A stretch of 64,000 nucleotides of DNA from Candidatus Woesebacteria bacterium RIFCSPHIGHO2_01_FULL_38_10 (GTDB lineage: Bacteria > Patescibacteriota > Microgenomatia > UBA8517): contig MGGC01000038.1 in the NCBI GenBank assembly GCA_001792215.1, forward strand, positions 3,555-67,554, read 5' to 3'. Position 1 is the stretch's first letter; each line of letters opens with the position of its first letter. A program made the position numbers and the translations under genes. The notes under the pieces are model-generated. The model ran no database searches. It had not been told where the DNA came from and saw nothing but the letters and a program-made list of their open reading frames with translations. Shown here piece by piece: positions 26,795 through 36,269 of this stretch.

Positions 26795-28819
26795 ATGAAA
26801 CTTGATTCACCGGTTGCTAAGTTACCTTTAGTCGGACCTGTGTATGTCAGGAGACTGGAAAAACTCGGAATTCAAACAGTCGAGGATTTAATCCATCACA
26901 TTCCTCATAGATATAACGATTACAGCCACATTGCCAAAATTGCTCATGTGCAGGCAGGAGAAACAGCAACAATTCGGGCAGAACTTAAAGAATTGAAAAA
27001 TTTATATACGAAGCACGGCAAAAAAATCCAGGCTGGCATAGTTTCCGATAATTCTGGGAATATGCAGGTTATCTGGTTCAACCAACCATTTCTGGCTCGG
27101 AATCTTAAGAAAGGAAGTCATTTATCACTTTCGGGAAAGGTAGATTTTTTCAACCGAGAAAGAGCGCTTCTATCACCCGATTACGAATATTTTAATCCCG
27201 GTTACCAAACCTTACACACAGGCCGGCTTGTTCCAGTTTACCCTGAAACAGCCCAAATTTCTTCAAAATGGCTTCGGGCAAGAATAAATTATGTATTACA
27301 AAACATTGGTCATCTGGAAGAATTTCTCCCGGACTTTTTGCTCAAACAAAATAATTTGTTAGATTTTAATACAGCAATAAACTCAATCCACTTCCCGCAA
27401 AAACTTGAGGATGCTCAAAAAGCACGTGTGCGCCTTTCCTTTGATGAACTCTTATTCCTGCAACTGAAAAACCAATACAAAAAAGAAAATTGGAATCAAA
27501 ACAAAGCTATTCACAACTTAAGAATAGATAAAAAAATTTACAAAGAATTCACAAACTCCCTCCCTTTTAATCTTACACTATCACAAAAAAAGGCAATCGG
27601 TGAGATTTTTTCTGATCTTCAAAAAGAAACTCCCATGAACAGGCTTCTGGAAGGCGATGTGGGTTCGGGCAAAACAGTTGTTGCTGCTACTTGCGCCTTT
27701 TGTTCGTTCATAAACGGTTTTCAATCCGTATTCATGGCACCAACACAGATACTTGCAAATCAACATTACAAGACCCTACAAGAAATTTTTGCTAAGTTCA
27801 AAGTGCGTGTGACACTGATAACTTCAGCCGGTGTCAAAAGCGACTTCGGAAAGACTGATATTTATGTTGGAACTCATGCTTTAATTCACAAAAAGGTTAA
27901 TTTCGAAAATGTAGCCATAGTTGTAATTGACGAGCAACACAGATTCGGTGTAGAACAAAGGGCACATTTGGTTAAAAAGTCAGGCAAAAAATCCCACTCT
28001 CCCCATGTCCTGACTATGACAGCCACACCCATTCCAAGAACAATCGCTTTAACTTTTTACGGAGACTTAGATTTATCCACGCTTGATGAACTTCCGAAAG
28101 GTCGGCAAAAAATAACCACTTGGATAGTACCACCATTAAAAAGAGAGGCAGCTTACAACTGGATAAAAGAACAAATTAAAAAGGAAAGGGTGCAGGGCTT
28201 TATAATTTGCCCACTAATAGAAGAATCGCAAGTTGAGTCAATGAGACAAGTTAAAGCTGCAACAGTTGAATATGAGAAATTGTGCAAGGTATTTGCAAAT
28301 TCAGTTAAACTCGGGCTTCTTCACGGTAGATTAAAGGCAAAAGAAAAAGACACAACCATGGACAAATTTAGGGCGGGGGACATTGACATTCTAGTTTCAA
28401 CACCAGTTGTAGAAGTAGGAATAGATGTTGCCAACGCTACTTTAATGATAATTGAGGCAGCGGAGAGATTTGGGCTGGCACAACTTCATCAGTTAAGAGG
28501 AAGAATAGGTAGAGGAAAGAAAAAATCGTACTGTCTTTTATTTACCTCAAGAAAGTCAAAAACCACAAATCAAAGGTTAAAAGCCCTAAAAGAAAATAAA
28601 TCCGGTTTTGAGCTTGCCGAACTTGACCTTAAGATGCGCGGCCCTGGAGAGGTTTTTGGTACCCGCCAGCACGGATTTCCTGAGCTTAAAATTGCCTCCT
28701 GGAATGATAGCGGAGTGATAAAACTGACCAAAAAGGTTGCTGAGGATGTTATAGGAAACAAAACCCGATACCCAAAACTAATTGAAAAACTTGAAAGCAA
28801 GGAAATAATCCTGAACTAA
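26795..28819 (+). CDS. recG: ATP-dependent DNA helicase RecG
   Basis: Wedge-domain N-terminus; helicase motifs LEGDVGSGKTVVAA (Walker A), VIDEQHRFGV (DEQH), QLRGRIGRG. Confidence 0.85.
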   Translation: MKLDSPVAKLPLVGPVYVRRLEKLGIQTVEDLIHHIPHRYNDYSHIAKIAHVQAGETATIRAELKELKNLYTKHGKKIQAGIVSDNSGNMQVIWFNQPFLARNLKKGSHLSLSGKVDFFNRERALLSPDYEYFNPGYQTLHTGRLVPVYPETAQISSKWLRARINYVLQNIGHLEEFLPDFLLKQNNLLDFNTAINSIHFPQKLEDAQKARVRLSFDELLFLQLKNQYKKENWNQNKAIHNLRIDKKIYKEFTNSLPFNLTLSQKKAIGEIFSDLQKETPMNRLLEGDVGSGKTVVAATCAFCSFINGFQSVFMAPTQILANQHYKTLQEIFAKFKVRVTLITSAGVKSDFGKTDIYVGTHALIHKKVNFENVAIVVIDEQHRFGVEQRAHLVKKSGKKSHSPHVLTMTATPIPRTIALTFYGDLDLSTLDELPKGRQKITTWIVPPLKREAAYNWIKEQIKKERVQGFIICPLIEESQVESMRQVKAATVEYEKLCKVFANSVKLGLLHGRLKAKEKDTTMDKFRAGDIDILVSTPVVEVGIDVANATLMIIEAAERFGLAQLHQLRGRIGRGKKKSYCLLFTSRKSKTTNQRLKALKENKSGFELAELDLKMRGPGEVFGTRQHGFPELKIASWNDSGVIKLTKKVAEDVIGNKTRYPKLIEKLESKEIILN

Positions 28820-28979
28820 TTATTCTTTTAAACTTTTTTTAAACTTTTCTAACGAAACCCAGTGTTTCCAAATCCTGCATTAATTTTCTTTCGTCCATTC
28901 TGGCTTGTTGCAAACTTGGTGAGTACGTTTGGCGTACCTCCCCTTAGGTGGAATTGGAATGGCTGTAGGAATTATTATT

Positions 28980-29228
28980 TCACAACACGTCCTCGTCAAC
29001 CACATCCCCTTCTACAAATCCTTCTTCCGTCAAAATCCCAACACGCACTACACCAAATCTCATATCTCGCATCAACTCCCTTGTTCTCCTAACAACATAG
29101 GATGCATCCGGATGACCTGTTAGTGGAGCTGAAGCACTCACGGCGCCCTCCATTTCAACCATTGGTTCAACTTTTCCTGTAGTAGATCCCTCTTGTCCTC
29201 TCCCGCGTCTAATGATACTAAAAGGCAT
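28980..29228 (-). CDS. Hypothetical small acidic protein (82 aa)
   Basis: Strong SD GGAGGTG 10 nt upstream of the ATG; sits in a locally GC-richer patch; sequence MPFSIIRRGRGQEGSTTGKVEPMVEMEGAV...GHPDASYVVRRTRELMRDMRFGVV...DVVDEDVL is not assignable to a family. Confidence 0.5.
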   Translation of the reverse strand: MPFSIIRRGRGQEGSTTGKVEPMVEMEGAVSASAPLTGHPDASYVVRRTRELMRDMRFGVVRVGILTEEGFVEGDVVDEDVL

Positions 29229-29416
29229 ATTGAAAATTCACCTCCAATCTTACGTTATGACATTCTCCCTGAGTCAGACTCGGGGTTTCTCTTGCCAAGA
29301 GAGAATGTCGCAACAGTGTTCAATTCATCCACGTTCATGTGAACTTAAACGTGGTTTTCTTGAATACTGTTATAAAAGTTTGCATATTATATAGATAATG
29401 TCATAAAATATCAATC

Positions 29417-29581
29417 ATGGCGCCGGTTCCCAAGAAAAAACATACACGTTCAAGAAGCGGAAAAAGACGAAATGCTCCAGCTAAAAAACTCACTTGGGTT
29501 AATGTCTCCCGTTGCCCGTCTTGCGGCAAGTTAAAGGAACCTCACAAAACCTGTTCTTCTTGCGGATTCTACAAAAAATAA
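29417..29581 (+). CDS. rpmF: 50S ribosomal protein L32
   Basis: MAPVPKKKHTRSRSGKRRNAPAKKL...CPSCGKLKEPHKTCSSCGFY (54 aa, Cys4 zinc ribbon); below the track size cutoff. Confidence 0.8.
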   Translation: MAPVPKKKHTRSRSGKRRNAPAKKLTWVNVSRCPSCGKLKEPHKTCSSCGFYKK

Positions 29582-29622
29582 TTACTTGTAAGTCACCCTT
29601 TATTTCTTCATAATACCTTAAA

Positions 29623-29988
29623 ATGAAAACAGCCAAAGATCCCAGACATCAAAAAAGACGCGAGACTGTAAAAGCTCTTTTTGGCGAAAGTTTTACCCAT
29701 CAGGATAATTTAACTGACGAAGCAAAAAAGATTCTCAAACAAAAAGATCTCTTGGATAAAAAAATTCAGGATGCGGCGCCAAGTTGGCCTATCGAAAAAC
29801 TAAACAGGATCGATCTTGCAATACTACGGCTGGCTGTCTATGAAATGGAAAACCTTGATACCCCACCAAAAGTAATTATTGACGAGGCTGTCGAAATTGC
29901 CAAGGAGTTTGGATCGGAAAATTCTTTTTCCTTTATCAATGGGGTATTGGGTACAATATATAAAAGTAAGGTAGAAAATAGAAAATGA
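29623..29988 (+). CDS. nusB: Transcription antitermination factor NusB
   Basis: IDLAILRLAVYEMENLDTPPKVIIDEAVEIAKEFGSENSFSFINGVLGTI matches the NusB core. Confidence 0.8.
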   Translation: MKTAKDPRHQKRRETVKALFGESFTHQDNLTDEAKKILKQKDLLDKKIQDAAPSWPIEKLNRIDLAILRLAVYEMENLDTPPKVIIDEAVEIAKEFGSENSFSFINGVLGTIYKSKVENRK

Positions 29989-30245
29989 ATAAAAACAAAA
30001 ACTCAAAGGACACTCTCACAAACCAGATCAAAAAGATATTGGCTGAATATTTAGGAGTAGACGAAGAAGATATAAAGGAAGAGGACTTGCTCACCGAGGA
30101 TCTGCATATGAACGCCACTGAACTTTCCGACCTTCTACAAATTCTTTATGACAAGGGGGTAATAACTAAAGACATTGACTTGACAGAAATTGAAACAGTT
30201 GAAGAATTAATTGAAGTTATCAGTTCTCAGGAATTTATTCATTAA
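29985..30245 (+). CDS. Acyl-carrier-protein-like small acidic protein
   Basis: IKKILAEYLGVDEEDIKEEDLLTEDLHMNATELSDLLQIL resembles the ACP helix I-II region, with Ser in ELSDLL where DSL is expected; sits where acpP sits upstream of rnc in many bacteria; overlaps the nusB stop. Confidence 0.5.
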   Translation: MNKNKNSKDTLTNQIKKILAEYLGVDEEDIKEEDLLTEDLHMNATELSDLLQILYDKGVITKDIDLTEIETVEELIEVISSQEFIH

Positions 30246-30262
30246 AACTGCTTGACTCACTT

Positions 30263-30940
30263 ATGGTCCAAGATTACTCTCTTGTAAAACTTTTCAAAAA
30301 TAAGGACTTACTTAAACTTGCCTTAACCCATAAATCCTGGGTTAACGAACACCAAAGGATTCGTGAGTCCAACGAAAGACTTGAGTTTCTGGGAGACGCC
30401 ATTTTGGAATTCATCGTATCCAAAGAGCTTTATCTTAAACTCCCACAAAAGGAAGAAGGTTACTTAACCGTCCTAAGATCAAATCTTGTCAATACAGTTA
30501 ATCTTTCTGATGTTGCCAAGAGATTGAGCTTAGGATCCAAAATTTTCCTCTCTAAAGGTGAGGAGGACAGTGGAGGAAGAGATAACCCTTCGATACTGGC
30601 GGATACCATTGAAGCCATAATTGGCGCCCTTTTTTTGGACGGAGGTATCAGATCTGCGGAGAAGTTTATTCAAGTTACTCTTCTAACTGATCTTGATAAA
30701 AAAATCTCAGAGCCGCTAAAAGACGCAAAAAGCACTCTTCAAGAGTTGGTTCAGGCTCAGGGTTACGCTGCTCCCAAGTATAAAGTGATTAAAGAAGAAG
30801 GACCTGACCATGATAAAAAATTCACGATTGAGGCCAATGTTGATAATAAGACATTGGCAATTGGAGTTGGAAAAAATAAAAGTGAAGCTGCTCAAGATGC
30901 TGCCAAAAAGGCTTTAGAAAACTTTGAAAAAAAATCTTAA
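30263..30940 (+). CDS. rnc: Ribonuclease III
   Basis: RNase III signature ERLEFLGDAILEF, plus a C-terminal dsRBD. Confidence 0.9.
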   Translation: MVQDYSLVKLFKNKDLLKLALTHKSWVNEHQRIRESNERLEFLGDAILEFIVSKELYLKLPQKEEGYLTVLRSNLVNTVNLSDVAKRLSLGSKIFLSKGEEDSGGRDNPSILADTIEAIIGALFLDGGIRSAEKFIQVTLLTDLDKKISEPLKDAKSTLQELVQAQGYAAPKYKVIKEEGPDHDKKFTIEANVDNKTLAIGVGKNKSEAAQDAAKKALENFEKKS

Positions 30941-30991
30941 ATCTCTAATTAATTTGCAGAATGCTTACTATTCAAGTAAAATTCAGAAGCT

Positions 30992-31210
30992 ATGATCAAA
31001 ATTAGACTTGCGCGCGGAGGATCCAAAGGCAATCCCCACTATAGAATTGTTGTGATAGAAGAAAGAAGAAAACGAGAAGGAAAGTTTCTTGATGTTATCG
31101 GCTTTTGGTACCCCAAAAAAAATAACAAAAAAATAAATAAAAAAAAGCTTGAAAAATGGCTGGCAGTCGGTGCACAAAAAACTAAGTCTGTTAACAAACT
31201 AATTTCTTGA
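30992..31210 (+). CDS. rpsP: 30S ribosomal protein S16
   Basis: MIKIRLARGGSKGNPHYRIVVIEERRKREGKFLDVIGFWYP. Confidence 0.85.
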   Translation: MIKIRLARGGSKGNPHYRIVVIEERRKREGKFLDVIGFWYPKKNNKKINKKKLEKWLAVGAQKTKSVNKLIS

Positions 31211-31212
31211 AA

Positions 31213-31449
31213 ATGAGAGAACTATTGGAATATTTAATTAAGGGCATCACCGGTAAAGAGGATTTCTCTATTGAAGAAGCTAGTGAGGATGATAAAGTTA
31301 CTTATAACGTTCGGTTGGCTCCTGATGAGATAGGATTGGTTATAGGAAGAGAAGGGAAGGTAATTAAGGCAATCCAAACTCTTATGAGAGTTAGAGGCGG
31401 AAAAGAAAATTTATCCATAATTGTAAATGTAAGTGAAAAAGAAGCTTGA
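31213..31449 (+). CDS. KH-domain RNA-binding protein (YlqC/UPF0109-like)
   Basis: LVIGREGKVIKAIQTLMRV KH GXXG-type loop; follows rpsP as in many genomes; track start 31207 is TTG, ATG at 31213. Confidence 0.7.
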   Translation: MRELLEYLIKGITGKEDFSIEEASEDDKVTYNVRLAPDEIGLVIGREGKVIKAIQTLMRVRGGKENLSIIVNVSEKEA

Positions 31450-31457
31450 AAACCAAT

Positions 31458-32162
31458 TTAGTTAAAAGGATTTTGTCTCTCCAAGTTTTGGCTAGGCGCT
31501 AAATCAAAATTAACCAGGCCAGGACTTTTGAAATTTGATAACTTAGCGATTAATTCCTGCTCTTCTCTGGTCAAACTTTCTATCGGCTGACTGATGGGGC
31601 TAAGTTCCTTTGGTAATTCTGACCAAAAGATATTGAGTTTAAGCCCATAGCGAAGTTGCTCGTCCGATCCTATCAATTCAACTTCTCCCAAACTAACAAC
31701 CGGAGTGATCTGGTCAAGGGATTTAAAAAAGTTAATTACATTCAAAAGATTCTCCTTACTGTCAGTCATTTCTAATTTCAACTCAGATGTTTTAATATTA
31801 TCTTTTTCCGTAACTACCTTCAGCTCTATACTTCCTATAACAAGCGATTGTTCCTGTAGTAAACTTCTAAGTATTGAAACTATTATTGCCGCAGGGTTTC
31901 TTTCGGGGAGTGCAACTAATGTCAGGTCAGACTTCTCCAGCGCTTCCTGTCTGACCTTAATAAGACCTTCTTTCTTTTCCTGAAAAATAGTCTCAGAATA
32001 TTTTGCCCCTCTATAATCAGAAAGGACTTTACTGAACTTAAGATAACCTTCTTTTCCCAAATTCAGTAAAAGCAATGAAAAGACAATTATTGCCACCAAT
32101 GGTAAAAAAACTAAAGAAAAACTTGTATTCACCTTTTTAAAGGTACGAGAGGTAATAATCAT
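31458..32162 (-). CDS. Type IV pilus assembly protein PilO-like
   Basis: Single N-terminal TM plus coiled-coil/periplasmic domain; last gene of the pilM-pilN-pilO triplet. Confidence 0.5.
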   Translation of the reverse strand: MIITSRTFKKVNTSFSLVFLPLVAIIVFSLLLLNLGKEGYLKFSKVLSDYRGAKYSETIFQEKKEGLIKVRQEALEKSDLTLVALPERNPAAIIVSILRSLLQEQSLVIGSIELKVVTEKDNIKTSELKLEMTDSKENLLNVINFFKSLDQITPVVSLGEVELIGSDEQLRYGLKLNIFWSELPKELSPISQPIESLTREEQELIAKLSNFKSPGLVNFDLAPSQNLERQNPFN

Positions 32163-32165
32163 ATT

Positions 32166-32693
32166 TTAGATTGATATAGCCAGTTCTATAATGTACCCCT
32201 TTTCAGGATCAAAATCTAAAGATTCTATCTTTATGGTTTTATATTTACCGGAATTAACTAAACTGGAAAGTAGATTGGAAAAAGACTCTGAATTGACGAC
32301 TTCGATGGTCAAGTTAACTTGAGTTTCTTTTAAAACTGCGCTCCTTAAAACGACTCCTTCTGGAAGCGTATTTACAACTCCTTCGGCTATCAAAACCTCT
32401 TGAGAAGCATCGTCCCAAGAATATATATTTTCGATCTTTCCCAATCTATCTTTAACCAGCATTAATCTTTGCTCTGTTTGTTCCAATGCTTTTATCTCTG
32501 ACCTTAATTTATCATCCTTACTATGTGAATCTTTAAGGCGACTCGACAAAATGAAAATACTTCCGAAGACAATAATTGCAAAAACCAGCAAAAAAATACT
32601 TTCAGTGATTGCAATTTTTTTTAATAAATTAGCAGTTTTTAAAACGTTTGCTTTAGGCTTTATTTCCTGTGGTATTAAGTTTATCCCATCCAT
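32166..32693 (-). CDS. pilN: Type IV pilus assembly protein PilN
   Basis: N-terminal INLIPQEI motif then a TM helix; sits between pilM and the pilO-like gene. Confidence 0.6.
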   Translation of the reverse strand: MDGINLIPQEIKPKANVLKTANLLKKIAITESIFLLVFAIIVFGSIFILSSRLKDSHSKDDKLRSEIKALEQTEQRLMLVKDRLGKIENIYSWDDASQEVLIAEGVVNTLPEGVVLRSAVLKETQVNLTIEVVNSESFSNLLSSLVNSGKYKTIKIESLDFDPEKGYIIELAISI

Positions 32694-32702
32694 TATAATA
32701 AT

Positions 32703-33719
32703 TTACTCCTCTCTCATTGCTAATCCTACAGCAACTGAATAATAGGAAGCATAGTCTGAAAGGGATTTAACTACCTGAGGATCGCATTTAACCTTTGAAA
32801 AAGGATTTCCGATAACCACCTCTATATTTAAAAACTTGGTCAATACTGAGGCTATTTCAGGCATGCCAGCGGTCCCGCCAGCCAGAATTAAAGAGGAAGG
32901 AGTTGATCCTCTTTCTTCTGACTGATAAAAATGTATGGCCTTTTTTATCTCGTCAGAAACCAATCTTACTGTCGGTTGTAATGCTTCTTTCACCTTCCCC
33001 TCAAGTAAGGATTCTGACAAACCATAAGCTTTCTTATATTCTTCTGCCCGAATCTCTTCTATTCCCAACCCTTGAGCAATAGCCCGTGTAAATGCTTCAC
33101 CGGCAGTAAGGACCGATCTTGAAAAAACCAACCTTCCTTCTTTGGCAATGGCAATATCTGTGGATTTAGCTCCGAAATCGAGGATTAAAACAGTCTGGTC
33201 ACTTGGAGCTAAGGACCTGACCATCGACATTAACTCTGTCTCAACTACAATCAAATTAAGTCCGGCCATCTCTACTACTTTTACGTATTTTTCCACAATC
33301 TGCTTGGAAACTGCGATCAGAAGAACTGTTGTTTGAGACGATGTTATATCTTCCTTTCTTTCTATTATTTGATGCTGGACAATAGCCTCACTTATGGGAA
33401 TCGGAATATACTGCTCAGCCTCCCATTTTATGGCTGAAGCTATTTCAGAATCAGTCAAAAGAGGAAACTTGACTGTTCTGATGAAAACTTGTGATTCGGG
33501 TAAAGCAATAGATACTTCCTTGGAAGAAATCCTTACCTCTTTATAAAGCTTTCTGATCGTCTCAGCCAACGGTGTAAGTTCTTTTTCAGTCTGGGTTTGC
33601 TCAGGAGGCCTACCCTTATGTCCAGCAATCCCTGAGGCTTTAAGAATAAACTCGTTCTTACCCTGAGAAAGCTCGACTATTTTTACTGTTTTTGATCCTA
33701 TATCCAGTCCAACACCCAT
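32703..33719 (-). CDS. pilM: Type IV pilus assembly ATPase-like protein PilM (actin fold)
   Basis: MGVGLDIGSKTVKIVEL...ILDFGAKSTDIAI...LAGGTAGMPE actin/FtsA-like motifs. Confidence 0.8.
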   Translation of the reverse strand: MGVGLDIGSKTVKIVELSQGKNEFILKASGIAGHKGRPPEQTQTEKELTPLAETIRKLYKEVRISSKEVSIALPESQVFIRTVKFPLLTDSEIASAIKWEAEQYIPIPISEAIVQHQIIERKEDITSSQTTVLLIAVSKQIVEKYVKVVEMAGLNLIVVETELMSMVRSLAPSDQTVLILDFGAKSTDIAIAKEGRLVFSRSVLTAGEAFTRAIAQGLGIEEIRAEEYKKAYGLSESLLEGKVKEALQPTVRLVSDEIKKAIHFYQSEERGSTPSSLILAGGTAGMPEIASVLTKFLNIEVVIGNPFSKVKCDPQVVKSLSDYASYYSVAVGLAMREE

Positions 33720-33722
33720 ACT

Positions 33723-34646
33723 TTAATCCCCATAATCCTGTTTACTTAAACTTTCCGGAGTAAAAATTGCACTGTCAAACAAACCACCAGGCGCCTCAGC
33801 ATAAGTCCTAAGGACTGTAACTCTTCTTTTAGACTCGTTAGCCTCACCGACTGATTCAACTAAAATACCTTGGTCAGGAAGAAAAGGATTTGGTCCGCCA
33901 CGAACTATAATAGCAACCGGTTGAGGACTATCACTGTTCTCAATATAAAACATTCTAACTTTTACCACCATTAAACAACCCTCTCCACCTCCAACAGCAC
34001 AACTACCACCCACTAAACTGGCTAAATCGATACTTGCTCTGTATCTGAACCCACTTATATCGGAACAATTTCGATTGTAATAGGTAAACCCGTTAGCCGC
34101 GGCTCGACTGGAATCAGGATCATATGCCTGCCTTCTCACCTGTACATCACTGTAATTGTTTGGGTTATCAGTTGAGGTTCTCGAAGTGTCAAAAAAAACA
34201 GCCACCTCAATTGCAGGAACTGATGAAGAACTCCCGTCTCCCCAACAAATATCTACTTGAGACGTTCTGGTACAAGAAGGACAAGTTAACCGTCCAGATA
34301 TTGGGTCATGCGATACAAACCAAAAGCTTGCAGTCTCTCCCCCATAAAGATAACTTGGATAGGTAAAACTGCTTCCCTGAGTCGGTCTGGTTACTTCGGC
34401 ACTCACTGAAGTATTATTACCAAGGTCAATCTCTTCCACACCGGATTCTTTTATTAAAGCTTGTTCTACTCCAGCTTCAGCCGCGCTGAACGCACGGGAA
34501 GCATCTTCCTCATAGCTTGTGGTTGCCACTTCCACTGTTGACCTGGCAGCAATTGATAAAGAGATTGTCAAAACAGTAACCATAGAAAGAAGCACTAAAA
34601 GAAGTACTTGGCCTGAGTTGTTTTTAGAAAAGGCAGGCTTTGGCAT
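33723..34646 (-). CDS. PilX-like pilus-associated protein
   Basis: N-terminal NNSGQVLLLVLLSMVTVLTISLSIAARS...AAEAGVEQAL resembles the PilX_N domain; Ser/Thr/Gly-rich secreted body; locally GC-richer. Confidence 0.5.
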   Translation of the reverse strand: MPKPAFSKNNSGQVLLLVLLSMVTVLTISLSIAARSTVEVATTSYEEDASRAFSAAEAGVEQALIKESGVEEIDLGNNTSVSAEVTRPTQGSSFTYPSYLYGGETASFWFVSHDPISGRLTCPSCTRTSQVDICWGDGSSSSVPAIEVAVFFDTSRTSTDNPNNYSDVQVRRQAYDPDSSRAAANGFTYYNRNCSDISGFRYRASIDLASLVGGSCAVGGGEGCLMVVKVRMFYIENSDSPQPVAIIVRGGPNPFLPDQGILVESVGEANESKRRVTVLRTYAEAPGGLFDSAIFTPESLSKQDYGD

Positions 34647-34700
34647 ACAATTTTAAGTTTAACAAGCCCAAATACTGAGGTCAATTACTAACTAATCCAA

Positions 34701-35237
34701 TCAATACTGGCGTAACAATATTTTGGTCATGGCTTGATATTTTGCTCCCTCCACACCCCTCAAATTTGAAAATTCTGCCTCAACTGATACATTAACCGAG
34801 TAAGGTACCTTACCCTCTTTCTCAAAACAGGTAAACATTTCAGGACAGTTGGTAATTCTCACATCCGAACTGGTCAACCTGGCTGAGCCTGAAGCAATAT
34901 AATAATTCTGGCAAGAAAAGTAAGCACTCATCCCGAATTCGTCTGTATAATCAAGTCGATTAGTTGGAATTCCTATACAATTTCGAAATTTTCTGGCACC
35001 TCTTAAAGATCTTTCCACAACATTCATGGCATATTCGACATTTTCTTTAACCTTGCCGACTGACTCACTTTTTTTAGAATTACGGATACTTATGGCAATT
35101 GATTGGGTAACTAAGATACTGACAATAGAAAAGACAAGTACAACAATCAACATCTCAACCAAGGAAAAACCACAATTTAACTTTTGTCTGAATAGTAGCA
35201 AATCAGGACTTTTAATATTTGGCATTACTTTTCTCAT
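34701..35237 (-). CDS. Minor pilin / pseudopilin (prepilin-type N-terminus)
   Basis: Class III signal ...NCG|FSLVEMLIVVLVFSIV. Confidence 0.6.
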   Translation of the reverse strand: MRKVMPNIKSPDLLLFRQKLNCGFSLVEMLIVVLVFSIVSILVTQSIAISIRNSKKSESVGKVKENVEYAMNVVERSLRGARKFRNCIGIPTNRLDYTDEFGMSAYFSCQNYYIASGSARLTSSDVRITNCPEMFTCFEKEGKVPYSVNVSVEAEFSNLRGVEGAKYQAMTKILLRQY

Positions 35238-35686
35238 CTATTCCAGTTTGTAAAATCAGTAACAGATACAACCTGATGGCTTCCTTGCCCATCAGTCCAA
35301 CTGACAATTACTTCTACACGGATAGTATCATTTGAATCAACTACCGTCTGAAAGGTTAAATTAACAGATCTTGATAAGGCAGTCCCCAATATGGGATTGG
35401 CAGAACTCCAATTCAAACTTCCTAAATTTATGTTGGTTGCAGGAGTTCTTGAGGCTAAATTACTCCAATCTGAATCTCTTTCCTCCCTTATCCACTCCAT
35501 AGCCTCCTGGGCGAACTTGGTTGCCAGGGCATTATTTTTAGAAAAGTTTTCATTAGCAACGGTTTTTGTGGTCAGAGAAACCACTCCGATAAGTATTAAC
35601 GAAAGAATGGCAATTGAAAAAATTACTTCAAACAAAGATTGCCCGAAAGGTAAGAATGTCTTTTTTTTGAAAATAATAAAACTCAT
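35234..35686 (-). CDS. Minor pilin / pseudopilin
   Basis: ...LPFG|QSLFEVIFSIAILSLIL. Confidence 0.6.
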   Translation of the reverse strand: MSFIIFKKKTFLPFGQSLFEVIFSIAILSLILIGVVSLTTKTVANENFSKNNALATKFAQEAMEWIREERDSDWSNLASRTPATNINLGSLNWSSANPILGTALSRSVNLTFQTVVDSNDTIRVEVIVSWTDGQGSHQVVSVTDFTNWNR

Positions 35687-36228
35687 AATATTTCTCCTGA
35701 ACGTCTAACGGTCACTGTTATGCCTGGAACACCTGAACCTGGAAAATTAAGAGTTATACCTATTTGTGCACCAGGAATATCAACCCCTCTGGCTAAAACC
35801 TTAAAAGTAAATACACTTCCTCCGATTGAAGACATATCAATTCCTTCTGGCAGGTTAACTGCCTTTAGGAAAACTCTTGTAGCCGTACCTAAAGTTGGTC
35901 CACAAAACGCGTCAATTTGATAAGAGTCCCTTCCTCCTGGATAATTATCAGTATCTAGTTCAAATCTATAACCTTGCAGAATCTGGGTTTCGCAGGCATT
36001 ACCAGGAAACTCCTGAGGTTTTCTTCCTGAGATCGCCATTTCTTGAGCTAGTCTTAAGTCAGCTTTAATCAGCCTATCGGCTGTTTTAAGATATTCCCGC
36101 TTTTGGAAATCCCGATAATTTGCAAAACCAACACCAAAAAGAAGAGTCATTGTTACTACCACAATCAAAAGTTCAATCAATGTAAAGCCATTGCTTTTAG
36201 AGATCTTTCGGATAATCTTTTTTTGCAT
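35683..36228 (-). CDS. Minor pilin / pseudopilin (FimT/GspH-like)
   Basis: MQKKIIRKISKSNG|FTLIELLIVVVTMTLL. I moved the start to the internal Met, which removes the overlap with the next pilin gene (track start 36297). Confidence 0.6.
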   Translation of the reverse strand: MQKKIIRKISKSNGFTLIELLIVVVTMTLLFGVGFANYRDFQKREYLKTADRLIKADLRLAQEMAISGRKPQEFPGNACETQILQGYRFELDTDNYPGGRDSYQIDAFCGPTLGTATRVFLKAVNLPEGIDMSSIGGSVFTFKVLARGVDIPGAQIGITLNFPGSGVPGITVTVRRSGEIL

Positions 36229-36269
36229 TGGAAAAAAACATTTCTTGAAACTCAATTTAGAAAAACTCC

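Noticed and set aside
28862-29394. Plus-strand track ORFs 28862-29092, 28929-29123 and 29212-29394
   Set aside because: Their translations are low-complexity and Pro/His/Leu-rich. The opposite strand carries an ORF with a consensus SD, which I prefer.
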